The notes beneath the pieces were generated by a model that was not told the DNA's origin, did no database searches, and saw only the letters and a program-made list of their open reading frames with translations. This document shows, piece by piece, positions 36,845 to 49,670 of a DNA stretch of 64,000 nucleotides. Position numbers and translations under genes: made by a program. Source of the DNA: Podarcis vaucheri (taxonomy: Eukaryota); NCBI GenBank assembly GCA_965113315.1, contig OZ220376.1; one strand, 5' to 3'. Within the stretch, counting starts at the first letter, position 1. Each line of letters opens with the position of its first letter.

Positions 36845-37209
36845 AAGGTAAAGGTAAAGGTACCCCTGCCCGAACGGGCCAGTCTTGACAGACTCTGGGG
36901 TTTGTGCGCCCATCTCACATCTATTGGCCGGGGGCCAGCGCTGTCCGCAGACACTTCCGGGTCACGTGGCCAGCGTGACAACGCTGCTCTGGCGAGCCAG
37001 AGCCGCACACGGAACGCCGTTTACCTTCCCGCTGGTAAGCGGTACCTATTTATCTACTTGCCCCCGGGGGTGCTTTCGAACTGCTAGGTGGGCAGGCGCT
37101 GGGACCGAGCAGCGGGAGCGCACCCCGCCGCGGGGATTCGAACCGCCGACCTTTCGATCGGCAAGCCCTAGGCGCTGAGGCTTTAGCCCACAGCGCCACC
37201 CGCGTCCCG
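36845..37209 (-). mobile_element. Sauria SINE, CpG-rich young subfamily
   Basis: TSD ttgtatacactta (36832-36844 / 37211-37223); close match to 58022-58382. Confidence 0.92.
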
Positions 37210-37752
37210 TTTGTATACACTTACCTGGGAATAAATCCCACGGAGCACAGCAGAACTTACCTTTCGAGTAAAACATGCATAGAATTAAACCGCTAGAAAA
37301 CTGCAAAGGAGGTTGGGAGAAAACCAGGACACAACATAAAACTGCTAAAAGCCGCAAGTGACAGGAGCAGATTGCACACCATGCGCTTATTGTGCTGCTA
37401 GACCCACGTGAGATCTTCTCATGCGGCAAATTTCATAAAACAAGAGAAGGCAAGAGAACAGTCTCCCTAGTAATAGCTGAGAGTTAAGATCCAAAGTCTT
37501 TGCTGGAGGGATATCACGGATAAAGATGCCCACTGTGGGCATCTTCTCAACATGCACAGCATGAATGACAGCCTTGAGGGAAGGAACTGAAAGGAACTGC
37601 CTGCCTATGACCCCAGTCATGGCCCCCAAACCCTGAACTCAGGAGGGTGGGGAAGGAGCCGTTGCTTCCTTAAGGGGGGGCTTGCTGCCCCACACATGGA
37701 AGAACCACAGTATTAGAGAATGGAGCCTGGCAGCCACACATTGTTAGATGGT

Positions 37753-37758
37753 TTTATT
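37753..37758 (-). terminator. Probable ZNF592 polyadenylation signal (AATAAA), ~1.85 kb 3' UTR
   Basis: Plus-strand tttatt at the end of a TE-poor, U-rich (minus) stretch following the stop codon. Confidence 0.55.
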
Positions 37759-39180
37759 TGAAATACTTTGAAGTAAACATTATAGCAAGGCACAAATGCC
37801 ACTGCGGATTAAATAGATATGTGATGGCTTGGGAGGGACACACCCCCTCCCCACCCCCTGCTATTGTTACTATAGCTAGGCTACCTTGTAAAACATTCCC
37901 TAGACTAAAATGTACACAGTATCAAAAAATACAAAGGGTTTTATCAAAACACATTTCAGACGAGAAAGTGAGCAATTCAAATGCAATAAGATAAATAGGG
38001 TTTTTTTCCTTTTTTAAAATTATTTATAGTAAACAATGAGCAGGGTTCAGACTCAAAACATAAAAACCGTATAAAAAAAGTTAAGTATTACACAAAGCAT
38101 GAGGATCAGCACAGGTGAGGGGGAAACGGCACAGACAGGGAGACGAGTCAATGCAAGTGTGGAAAGGAAACTCCAGAATCAATTCGGCCAATTGAGCAAA
38201 GGTGGGAGGGGCAGGGAAGAGATATAATGTAGTTCCTCAAGAGCAGGAGCACTTGGAAGAAAACGAGGAAGGGAGATCTCTTGCAGCAAGCGTCTTCTTG
38301 TCCTCACTTTGCCGGGGGTGATCTGGGAAGCTCCATTCTGAAACGACGATAGGCAGCCGGCCATGCTATACTTGGCAGCTGGATATGTCAACAGACAGAC
38401 AGGTTCTGCTTCCTTGAATACTGCTTCTCCTGCAGCGCCCTTTTCACAGACTGAAATTCTTACGGGATGATCCTGCTCTGGCTGATACAGCAAGAGAAGG
38501 AACCAAACACAAGCAGAACAATATACTAAGCTTACAAGGAAGGAGAATCTTGAGACTCTGGGCTGGATCACACAGGGCTTGAATGGGCAGCTTAGGCATG
38601 AGAGACGACGTGGGAGCAAACCCTCTAGTGTAAACATTTAACCGTGCAGAAATTTTTCACGTATGCAACCCAATTCTTATTTAAATGTCATATGCCCAGT
38701 GAGAGAAAGGCACCCTGCAGTCTATCATATATGTCACTAATACTCCCAGGCCAGGTATGTGCATGTAATTAGTGCAAGCTTGTACTTTGGCTTGCAAGAA
38801 GCCCCAGCACAACCCGGCCCACTTCTGAACACAGGAGAGCTCCAATTGGGGCCAACGCTGAGGCTGATTATTGTTTAAAACACAGTGGGAACCTAGAAAC
38901 TCCATTTGTGCAAAATTTAACCCACGTAAGGTGAATGTTTAGTGGCACCGAATCTCTTCTAGAAAAAAAAAAGACCAATTTTGTTTTTGTGTTCTGCATG
39001 GTTGGAGGACCAGACTCACGGAGTGCCTGAAAGGTGAAGCCAACATGATTTTAGGGAAGGAAAGCCTCTGTGGATTCACATCTCAAGAGAAAAAAAGTTG
39101 ACGCAGGCTTTGCAGCCCAGACAGAATGCCTGGCAGGCTTGGGTAAGGAACTGAAGTGGAAGGCAATGCTTGCTATGAAA

Positions 39181-39255
39181 GAAGAAGAAGAAGAAGAAGA
39201 AGAAGAAGAAGAAGAGGAGGAGGAGGAGGAGGAGGAGGAGGAGGAGGAGGAGGAA
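39181..39255. repeat. Compound (GAA)11(GAG)13 purine tract in the ZNF592 3' UTR
   Basis: Read directly; about 75 bp of uninterrupted purines. Confidence 0.95.
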
Positions 39256-39595
39256 AACTGAGGTGGAACTGTTGGCTGAGGCCTTTAGTGGGACAAGAGT
39301 GGTCCTGCTGTTCCTGGAAAAGGGGTGGGGGGAGAGACACACACACAAAGCAGAAAAGTGCTCCTGACCCTGAAGGTTCAGACATGGTTCAGCTGGACAT
39401 CCTCATCACATTCTACTTCCCCCTCTCATAATTGTTACATATTCAGTGCTACAGAGACGGTGGCAGTTTGCCGTTTTGATTTCCCTTCCTAATTAAAGTG
39501 AATGGAATGCCGCGCCCATTCCATGAAATGAACAGCGTGTTTAAGAACCCCACCCCCCCTCCAATCAACATTTAGAGTGAGGCAAAACACGCTCT

Positions 39596-40090
39596 TTAAA
39601 TATTTGGAGATTTGGGATGTTTGTTCTGCGTGCTGGGCTTTTCTGCATCACAGGACGTGGGGTCGCCCTCAGAGTCCTGGCTCTTTGAACCACCTCCTTC
39701 CTCGTCTGCAGTGTTCATCTTGCCATTCGGCTCTGCAAGTCCGTTCTCGCTTGTCTCCATTTGCTGAGCCTCTTTTTCAGAATCTGGCTCAGGCTCAGGC
39801 TCCTCCTGTTCCTCCTCCGGATCTTTCACTTTATGAACAATGAAGAGGTGCCTGTTCAGAGAGATGTGAGACGTGTAGCACAAGCCGCAGAGCTGGCACT
39901 GGTACGTGGAGCTGTCCGTCTTGTGCCGAGGTATGTGTTCCAGAAATTCACTCTCAGCGGCCGTTGCAAATCCACACTTGGCGCACTTCCAGTGTGCCTT
40001 CAGTTTTTTTGCTGGTGGATCTTCAGATCCCGATGCCGTAGTTTCCGTTTGGTCCAAACCACCTGCAGATACCCTCTTTGGATATTTTGC
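39596..40090 (-). CDS. ZNF592: Zinc finger protein 592, last coding exon
   Basis: Acceptor ttcatttcctag|GCA. Contains WKCAKCGFAT...HIPRH and YQCQLCGLCYTSHISLNRHLFIVHKVKD plus an acidic tail, matching the ZNF592 C-terminus; TAA 39596-39598. Confidence 0.93.
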   Translation of the reverse strand, partial: AKYPKRVSAGGLDQTETTASGSEDPPAKKLKAHWKCAKCGFATAAESEFLEHIPRHKTDSSTYQCQLCGLCYTSHISLNRHLFIVHKVKDPEEEQEEPEPEPDSEKEAQQMETSENGLAEPNGKMNTADEEGGGSKSQDSEGDPTSCDAEKPSTQNKHPKSPNI

Positions 40091-41394
40091 CTAGGAAATG
40101 AACACATGGCTTTATTGCGCCAATCAGCACCGTAAGACAACGTTCCCGCCCACCATGCGTGCACTGCGAATACAGAGATCCCCAAAGGGCATCTTTTCCC
40201 AACCAGAAGCCCCTCAGATGCTGTTGGACCACAACTCCCATCAGACCCACCCATGCTCAGGGATGATGGGAGACCAACAAGACCTGGAGAGCATTCGGTT
40301 TGGGAAGGCTGCCGTAGGCTATCACATCCATGTCCCCTTCCCTGGCCTCCTCGCTTAGCAAACCAAGCCATTATGAGACTGAGGAAGCCTGTGCACAACT
40401 CCTGTATCCCTGATCAAGCCTTCTGCCTGGTCAAGGAACATGCTATGCCCACAGTGGCCTTGCACAGTGCTTTCACTAGGATGTGTGTGTGCGGGGAAGA
40501 GCGAGAGCACACAAAAATCTCTATTACACCCTATGGAGAGCAGATCCCTTCAGATGTGGGTGCTGTACTCACAGTGGACCTGACCAGGCCATAGACCACT
40601 CCCCAGATCTGATCTATTTTTATGCTCGGGATGGGAAGCATGTGGCCTTCTGGAGGTTTCTGGACTGTAGCTTTCATCCTCCCTGACCACTGGCTAAGCT
40701 TAATAGGAGTTGTAGTCCAATAACCTCTGGAAGTTCTCCATCCCTGACAGACACACAAATGCAATGGAGCAGCATTTTGGGAGGAGGCAGGAAGAAAGAT
40801 TTAGGAACTGCTGCCACCAATGCTTTGCATAAAAAAGGACAAAAGCTGCTGAAAGTGGATGTTCCTTCCAGGTATCACTAATTGTATTAATTGCCTCATC
40901 TGCATTTCATTGTTCTCCATGTGGAAAACTCTCTGTCCCATCTCTAACAATGCCAAAAGATGTCCAACATGACCTGCTACCAGCTCCCTAGAAGCCTCTA
41001 ATTTCTCCTCACATTCTGCCTGGTTATCTTCAGTTTAATTACTCTATTAGTTCGGATTATAATTTAAGTTTCTTCAGTGCACAGGATTGTAATTTAACGA
41101 GGAAACAAGATGAGAGCTAATTTATAAGAGACATGTGCTCAGAGGATAGAGGAACTAGATAGACTGAAACTTCCCTACAGATTTTTAAAAAACCACATTT
41201 TTAATGGGAGATCTAGCAGTTCCTCCAAGAGATTCAGTTTTGTATATAATCTATATCTATACAGAATTCAAATCCTGATGGAAAGAAAAAGCTGAAAATG
41301 AATTCCACAGGCCACAAAAGGAAGGCAGTTCTTGAAGGAGGCCAAGCACATGAGATAGAATTACATATTATTTAAGAAAAGCATGGTAGATTAC

Positions 41395-41530
41395 TTTTGT
41401 CAAGTCTTCTGCCGGAGCTTTGGTTTTGGATATCTGGGAAAGGTCTGGGTTTTTGATGCCGTGCATGAGGCTGATGTGGCTCTCTAGCATGGACAGCTGA
41501 GGAAATGTCTGGATTTCATCTGTGCAGTAC
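41395..41530 (-). CDS. ZNF592: ZNF592 penultimate coding exon
   Basis: Acceptor gtatttttaag|[46 protein letters not shown], donor AAA|gtaatc. Confidence 0.93.
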
Positions 41531-42073
41531 CTTAAAAATACAAAGCAAAATAGTATCATGATATAAGTAGCATTTCTTTTTCATATTTTTTAAAGAAAAT
41601 ATTTTTATTGGATTTTGGTAATGTAAGTGTCTATACAAATATATAAGCAGAAAAAGGTAAAAAGGATTAAAAATAAAATATGCAATATAAAAATAACAAA
41701 AGGAGCAAACAGATTCATGAAAAAGAAAAGGTGTTATGTCACAAGTTAAAGAGAGGATAAACACAGTTCTTCCACAAATCTATGACATGTTTAAAGATGT
41801 CAAGAAGTTAACCCCAAACCTCCCTGCATAATGAAGCATGAGCATTATATCAGTAGTATTCCGCCTCTCATCCCTTACCTATTCTCCTACTTGTCTGTTG
41901 GCTCCCCACAACTATCAATATATTGATTGCAAGTTTCTTGGGGCATGGACCTTATCTTTCTGCTTATGCAAGTAGCTCAAAAATGGACATTTTTGTTTTA
42001 CTTCAGAGGACAGTCGTCAATCCACCTAAACAAATAACCTGTTCCAGTTCTGCCCCCTCAAATGGTTTCAAAT

Positions 42074-42119
<46 letters not shown>

Positions 42120-43050
42120 AATTTGTATATCATCCATCATCAAAAGATCACAGGGTGGTTTACATTTTAAAAACACAAAAATACCTACCATAATAATAGA
42201 AGAAAAACAATTATACATTGGATGACACGAGGCTCTCAAACATTTTTCCTTCTTAATTACTACAAAAGACCAAAAGCAATCTATGTATACATCCACTTCC
42301 AAGAGCCATCTATTTCTATTCCAGCAGCACTATGGCAAACCTGGCCCCTTTTACAGCTCTTCTCTGTACAATGACAAAGGATAACAACGGCTTCCCTTTT
42401 AGAGAATCAATAATTTAAAAAAGAATCAACAAGAGCAGAATCTGTTTCGTCCGTGAGGGAAATGTCAACATTTGTGTCCACATTAGAACTTTCAAGACTA
42501 AATTGCCAGATGTACTTGTACAACAAAATGTACTGTGTATCAGTGAAAGTCACATTCCTGCTCAGAATCAGAGTCTCCTTGGTCATGGATGTCATGAGAA
42601 GATGTGTCACATTTGTGTAATACAGCATTATAAAAGCATCAGTACAAACCTTAACATGCGAGTCTGTTACTAAAGGTGATCATGAAAGGAGTGGATGTCC
42701 ATATTTTATGAAAAGTTGTTTAACTAGCAAAATGTTGGCGTTTAAATACATTTATTCATCAAAATAATAATATTGCAATACTTTCAAAGTACGCATCATT
42801 TTATAGAGTTACATTGGCGGCTACGCTGTAGCAGTTAGAAGTCACCTGTAGACTTGCAGGAAATTTATTTAGTGGTTTGTCTCATTTGTGTCCTCACCTT
42901 TCCCTTCAAATTACAAAGACTAGTCTCTCATTTCATCCACACAACCACCCTGGGAAGGAGGCCAGGCTGAGAGGCAGTGATTTGTTCAAGGTCAGCTTCA
43001 TGACTTTGAACTTGGATCTCCCACCACCAAACCAGGCAGTCTAGCCACTG

Positions 43051-43438
43051 GGTAAAAAGGTAAAGGTAAAGGACCCTTGGATGGTTAAGTCCACTCAAAA
43101 GCGACTATGGGGTTGCGGCGCTTATCTCGCTTTCAGGCCAAGGGAGCCAGCGTTTGTCCACAGACAGCTTTCCGGGTCATGTGGCCAGCATGACTGAACC
43201 GCTTCTGATGCAACAGAACACTGTGACAAGCCAGAGTGCATGGAAACACCGTTTTACCTACCTGCCGCAGCAGTACCTATTTATCTACTTGCCCTGGTGT
43301 GCTTTCGAACTGCTAGGTTGGCAGAAACTGGGAGAAGGCAACAGGAGCTCACCACCGGTGCATGGATTCGAACTGCCAACCTTCCAATCAGCAAGCCCAA
43401 GAGGCTCAGTGGTTTAGACCACAGCGCCACCCGCTCCC
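43051..43438 (-). mobile_element. Sauria SINE (third subfamily)
   Basis: aaaggt tail repeats and Sauria core with a variant 3' region. Confidence 0.85.
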
Positions 43439-43930
43439 CTGCTGTGGGCTATGCCAATCAGGTGTCTGCGCTAAGTTCGGCATCAATATGGCGAACCCTG
43501 GGGAGCTGAGTTGCGCCAGGTTGCCCAAGGAGGGGTGAACCAGCCCAGGTTGGAGATGGAGCAGGTAAAAACTCCCATGCCGATCAGTAGTGGGACTGTG
43601 CCTGTGAATAGCCACTGCAGCCTTACCTGGGCAAGACAGCAAAACCCAGACTCTAACCACTACACCACACTGGCTCCAGCAAAGTTAATATAGAAGGAAC
43701 TAAGCATTCTACATTTGCTTAGATATAGCCCAGTGGTTGCATCATCAATGCCTAACGTGCTTCAGTCTTATCATGGAATCTAGCTGTGAAACCTAAAAAT
43801 GTACCTGAGTTAGTGCAAGATCCTTTGTTCTAAGCTATGCCCTAAAAAGCCTTAGATATGGCCCATTACAAAGCACTTTTTTAGCCTGGAAGACTCATAG
43901 AAATTTTCAGGAAAACAGTTGTGTACTCAC

Positions 43931-44043
43931 CAGCAGGTGTAAACTTTCTTTGCTGTGTCATGGTTATTGCGTACATGTCTGTGCAGACTATTGGAGGCGT
44001 TGAATGACCGCTCACACTGCCGACAGGGATATCTTTTCACATT
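43931..44043 (-). CDS. ZNF592: ZNF592 coding exon (C2H2 finger)
   Basis: Acceptor cattcctctcatag|, [37 protein letters not shown](W), donor TG|gtgagt. Confidence 0.94.
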
Positions 44044-44964
44044 CTATGAGAGGAATGGGAGCGTTAGTCCTAACAGCAAGAATGAGCTGCCTCTTTTTTT
44101 TTTGGTCTTGATCTGTGCAAAAGAATCCACACAATCTAGATTTGTGTACTAGCATCTGTAATGCATCTGCCTGTATCCTTGATCTGACAAAGTGTACTTT
44201 TGTGAGACATGGAAAACACATTTAAGAGTCCTGGCCAATTGTGGCCCTTAGGTGTGCATTTCTCAAGGGGTTACAGACATGTTTTTCTTCGAGAGTCGCT
44301 GTGCTCACCATAGAGACATGCAATTGACCTGCTACAAACATGTGTCTCTTGCAGCATAAAAAGCAGCCCTTGGCCATAAACCTGATAAGCTTGCCTTGAG
44401 CCAGTTCCCCATCTGCAGAATGCGAATGTTCATGATCTAATTTATAATATTTTTGTGGAGAAGAATCCCGATAATGCTTATGCATTTGCAGTCAATACAG
44501 TTTCAGAAACATATGGTCTTAAAAGGGGAACACATGGAGAGAGAGAAAGAAAGAAACATACTCTGAAGTTTATCTCTGATGCTGCCACAGGACTGCAGAG
44601 ACCAAAATGAACAATGCATCTACTCAGGCTCTCACCCTGCTACAAGGTTTATGTAATAAGCAATTTTATTTGTTTAGATGTAAGCTATAACAAACATAAA
44701 ATGTATGTATGAGGTTTAGATTAGATTTGCACATTGCTTCTTATTACGAAGGTCCTGAAATAATTTGCAAACAAAACAAACTCCACACAACCATTATTAA
44801 AAACAGATGCAACAGTACAGCCATATCATTGGTGCTGCCTAAATGGTGCTGCCTAAAACAAAAACTTGTTCCCCTGGAGCTCAAACAATGACAGGCAGGC
44901 TGCTGAAGAGTTTTAGATGAATCCTGTGGGAAAGAGGAACAAAATATAGCCCCCAGACCCTTAC

Positions 44965-45228
44965 CTTTCCATGGCTTTTCCTCATATGGGACACATAGGT
45001 TTCTCGGTCAGGGATGCACTGCGAACACTCCCGACATGTCCAACTGCAGGGTTTTGGCTTGGGTTTTGATTCTGGGCTCGTCCCTTTTGTGGGCAAAGAG
45101 GTCTGGGAAGTACCATTGATTACTGAAAGCTCCTTTGATGCTGGAAGAACACTGCTGTTAGTTGCTGTTTCTGTCTTCTGTCGGAAGCTAGCAAGATCTT
45201 CAGGATTCTCAGGGACCCCATGGACGCT
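44965..45228 (-). CDS. ZNF592: ZNF592 coding exon
   Basis: Acceptor tttgttcattag|, SVHGVPENPEDL...WTCRECSQCIPDRETYVSHMRKSHGK, donor AAG|gtaagg; 264 nt, phase 0/0. Confidence 0.93.
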
Positions 45229-46821
45229 CTAATGAACAAAAACAAAAAATCCACAGCATTAGAGCAGGGCAAAGGGAAGTTGCCTATTTTCCTAAAATAG
45301 CAGGAAACTGCTCTGCTTAACAAAAGCATATCATTTCCCACCTCCTTCTTTTTTAGACAGCCCAGGACTAAGATAGAGATTATGTCCATAGCCAATAGGC
45401 TATGTTAACCCTAATGCAGTGTGATTCATTCCATCAACACAGTGAGAAACTATGCACTTAAATTATAACAGAACAGCATAGTGTGTTTGCAGCAGACTTA
45501 AGACTGAATTCACAGTTTGGAGGATTGTGAAAAAGTGCTGCTGCTGTAGAATGCTGCCTCCTCTGGCTCTGTGCAGAACATTATGGTTTGCAGATACATC
45601 CAAACTGGCAAACTAAAGTTTGAGCAAGCCCTCCAAACTGGGATTGCAAATCCTAGTTTGGAATGCTTGATGAAAGGAAAAGGGAGTGTGAGAGCACACG
45701 TGTTTGTTCACAATCCTCAATATTCACATCAAGCTTGGCCCAAGGATGTGATCTGAGGAAACTGCACCCCGGTTTGTCAATTAAACTCTGAACCAATGCA
45801 AAGTGAAATGCCATGAAAGCTCTTCCTTGAGTACAAAAGTAGCAGGTGGTCACTGTTGCTTTTCAGACAGAAAGATACAGGCAAAATTTAACTAGATGCT
45901 GCAGCTAAATCATTCAGCCTCTCCAATACATGTTTTGAAGAGTGCTTCTGTAAAATATTTTCTTGCTTGTGAACAGCCTGAACGTCAGGAAGGAAAGAAG
46001 CCTAGCTTGTAACCCAAGAGGAAGGAAGGAACCTGCAGCCCTCTAGATGATGGATTCCAACTTCCATCATCCTTACCATTGGCCTTGTTGGCTGGAAATG
46101 ATGGGAGTTGGAATCCAACAAGACTTGAGAGTCACAAATTTTGCAGCTCTTAAGTTTTCCAGGGAATTTTGGAGGCATGAAGAGAATTAATATGCCTGAT
46201 ACACTTATTTATTAGAAGAATTTTTATTTTCGCCCTTCAATCATATTTTCAGGGCAATTTACACAAAGAACAATAAAATGTGGAGGGGGGGGAGCATGCC
46301 TGTGCACATACAGAAATGCACATATACACAACAAGCTAAAAACCCACAAAATTATAAAAGCAGCATTAAACAGTTAACAGGCTTAAACCTGCATTTTAAA
46401 AGCTTTAGATAGTATTTGGCACTGAAAAGAGAGCATTCCACAACTGGTCTTCAGGCACATACTACTACTGACAAGGGAAGAGTTTCACGTATGGGCAGGT
46501 GCACATGGAGAGCAGTGACCCTTCAATTACGCTGGTCACTTTGCACTGCGCCCAGAAATGAACTGGGAGGCAGTGAGTATAGCACCAGTCTCAGTAAGAA
46601 ATCTAGATGCTGTAGGTACTTGGACTATTAACGCAACACACTTCTGGGAGGACTGTTTTACACGCAATCTTTGAATTGGTTTTGAGGCTGCTTGTGAAGA
46701 TATCCACCAGTGGTGGGTAAAAAAGAAAGAAGGGCGGCCGATGTGTTTCATGCAAAGCAATCTCAATTCAGAAGGTAGAAAAGTGTTCTGTGCAGGCATG
46801 GTATCCTCTCCAGTCACCAAC

Positions 46822-46981
46822 CTTAACATGCTGCATTAGCTGAAGTTTCTGCATATACACCAGCTGGCAATGCGGACACTTGAACACTCCCACCATCAGC
46901 CTGTTGGCATTCTGCTGGAAGTGCTCCTGCAGAAGCCTCTTCTTGTTAAAGACTGTCTCACAAGAGCATTTGTAGATCACC
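46822..46981 (-). CDS. ZNF592: ZNF592 coding exon
   Basis: Acceptor aattgttccag|[22 protein letters not shown]...[23 protein letters not shown], donor AAG|gttggt. Confidence 0.93.
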
Positions 46982-47708
46982 CTGGAACAATTGAAAAATG
47001 AATTAGCAATGAAAGTTTACTCTAAACAAAAAAATCAACATAGAAAAATTTATTATCATCATCATCAAATTAATTATTGAAGTATTATTATTATTTATTC
47101 AATATATATACCACCCCCTGTATCAGAAGATCTCAGGGCAGTGTACAACATTAGAAACCCAACTCCAACAAAATGCCTTGGAAACATGTATTTTAACAGG
47201 AAACATTGTTGTGATGTCACCTGGCGGGTGGGTCTCAATTCTGTTTTGCTGCAAGTGGCTGTTCCCAGCAGGAACAGCTTACAGGTGACGGTTAAATCCT
47301 GCTCCATTTGGCTGAGCGCATCTGTTCCCTCTTTGTAACAGGTGCATACAGTCAAAGGAAGCAGAAGAAAAACACTGAGTCTGCTTGCTTTCACTGTGTG
47401 CGCCTGTTCCATGGAAAGAGGTGCCTGCAGCAAAAGCAGACCTGTTTTAATTCTGCATCAATACATGAAAGGGGGGGAGGAGAGAGAAACCGCTAGGGAA
47501 GGTTGATCCTTGCAAAGGGGGTTTTCCCATCCCCTTCCTGGGAAGCGTGTACTGAGCAGAGGTTAAATTCTGCTCCATTTTGCTGCACACAGCTCCCAGG
47601 GGGAATGGGGAAAGAACTGCTTTTGCAAGAATCAGCCTTCCACAAGTGTTTTTCCCCATCTCCTGGGAGCTGCAATTTCTCCTTCATGCATCAGTTGGAT
47701 CTACCTTT

Positions 47709-47751
<43 letters not shown>

Positions 47752-48642
47752 CTTCAGAAAGAAGGGAAGGGGCTCATTTTAACATTGCTCCAGTATGGAC
47801 TTTTGATGGGTGGGTGTGTTGCCCACCTGTCAATCATGTGGAGTGCCTCACTCACCTATCAAATTTGGCCTGTGAAGCTAATCCTGATAAGGATTTGGCC
47901 CACAGAGGCAAAAAGGTTCTCCACTCCTGCTCTAAGTGCTGCTATTTATTTTAATTTGTAGTTCTGCCCGACAGGCTCTTCCTGAAGCTCCCATTACTGC
48001 TTCTCTAGCAGACAAGAATTACAAGGCAATTTCACAGAGACATGGAATCAAAAGGACTTTGGAGGGCATCTATTTCCAATCTCCTGCTCAATGCAGGACC
48101 TGAAATCCTGGATGCAAGTACAGCATTCCCAACAGATGGCTGCCCAACGTAAATATAACCAGTGAAGGAGACCCCGACAGCTCTGCAGACAGTCTGTTCC
48201 CACTGTCAAACAGCTCTTACCACTGTTTATCCTCATGGTTTGCCAAAATGGGTTTCTGTGCAATAACCATCCATTGGTTCTAGGATGCCCTCTGGAGAAA
48301 CGCGTAACATCATGCAGAGCACAGGGGCTGTCTGTACGCTAACAGATGATAAATCCGTCCTTGCTTCTTTCCAAGTGTGAAAAGTCTTAGGAGCAGATGG
48401 GCTACATAACTAAATATTAAGATAACTAGAAAACAAGATTTCTGCCTAACCCTTCATTTCTTTAAAAGAGAAGGTATGCAGATCCTACTAAAAACTGTCT
48501 CCACAACACAGTTTATTCTCTCTCTCTCCATATAGTTGGGACAACAACGTTCTTGTAAGCCCGGTGGGGATGGGCATAGAAGGCAAACTGGGTAAAGAGG
48601 AGAAATTGAGCAATACATTTATTTAACCGGGCAGCCACTTAC

Positions 48643-48819
48643 TGAGATGTCTTATGAGGTTCTGCGGGGTGCTGACTGGTAATGTGAGCAGTGGTGCTGT
48701 CTGCAGACTTGAAGGCCATAGGACAGAACGAACACTTGTGGAAGACTTCACAGTGCTTCTCGTGAATGTGCACTTTCAGCATAGCTTGCGACATGAAGAC
48801 AACCCCACAGTGAGTGCAC
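48643..48819 (-). CDS. ZNF592: ZNF592 coding exon
   Basis: Acceptor ctcttttcccag|[52 protein letters not shown]..., donor CA|gtaagt. Confidence 0.94.
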
Positions 48820-49318
48820 CTGGGAAAAGAGAGAGAGAGCTAAACTTGAGCTCTGCAAACCAAAACAAAAAAATCATAAGCACACACTGAGATTTCCGTG
48901 AAAGTTCAGGAAACAAGGACCCACTGAGGTCTGCCTCACTGACCTGGAGGGAGTAGTAAAATCCACAGCATTTGTAAAATCCACAGCATTAAAGTGTTCC
49001 AGGGTGATCAATAATGGCGATAAAGACAAAAATGAATAATAATAATAAAAAAAAACCAGGGGGAAAAGCCTGTTTTCTGATAAGACACTCAAAAGTCCCA
49101 ATGAAATGCACACTGAAAATGTTTTAAAACCTCCAGGGATACAGCTGATCCTGGACAAAGTCACTCCAATTTGAGGGGTGTTCAAATCAAAATGCAACTG
49201 CTGTTAGCCACAAAGCGCTAACAGCAGGACCAAACTTCCTTTCTATTTATTGCCTGCATTAGCCTGGGCTTCAGTGCTTTTATTCCAAGCAAATCAAGTC
49301 ACTTAGGAGTCTGCTAAG

Positions 49319-49670
49319 GTAAAGACAAAGGGACCCCTGACCATTAGGTCCAGTCGTAGCCGACTCTGGGGTTGTGGCGCTCATCTCGCTTTACTGGCCA
49401 AGGGAGCCGGCGTGCAGCTTCCGGGTCATGTGGCCAGCAGGACTAAGCCGCTTCTGGCGAACCAGAGCAGCACACGGAAACGCCGTTTATCTTCCCGCCG
49501 GAGTGGTACCTATTTATCTACTTGCACTTGACGTGCTTTCGAACTGCTAGGTGGGCAGAAGCTGGGACAGAGCAACGGGGGCTCACCCCGTCGTGGGGAT
49601 TCGAACCGCCGACCTAATGATCGGCAAGTCCTAGGCTCTGTGGTTTAACCCACAACGCCACCCACGTCCC
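49319..49670 (-). mobile_element. Sauria SINE
   Basis: TSD taggagtctgctaag (49304-49318 / 49671-49685). Confidence 0.92.

Noticed and set aside
38179-39431. ORFs in the ZNF592 3' UTR, including poly-E/L/P/R/G frames
   Set aside because: Products of the trinucleotide tract or chance; no supporting gene structure.
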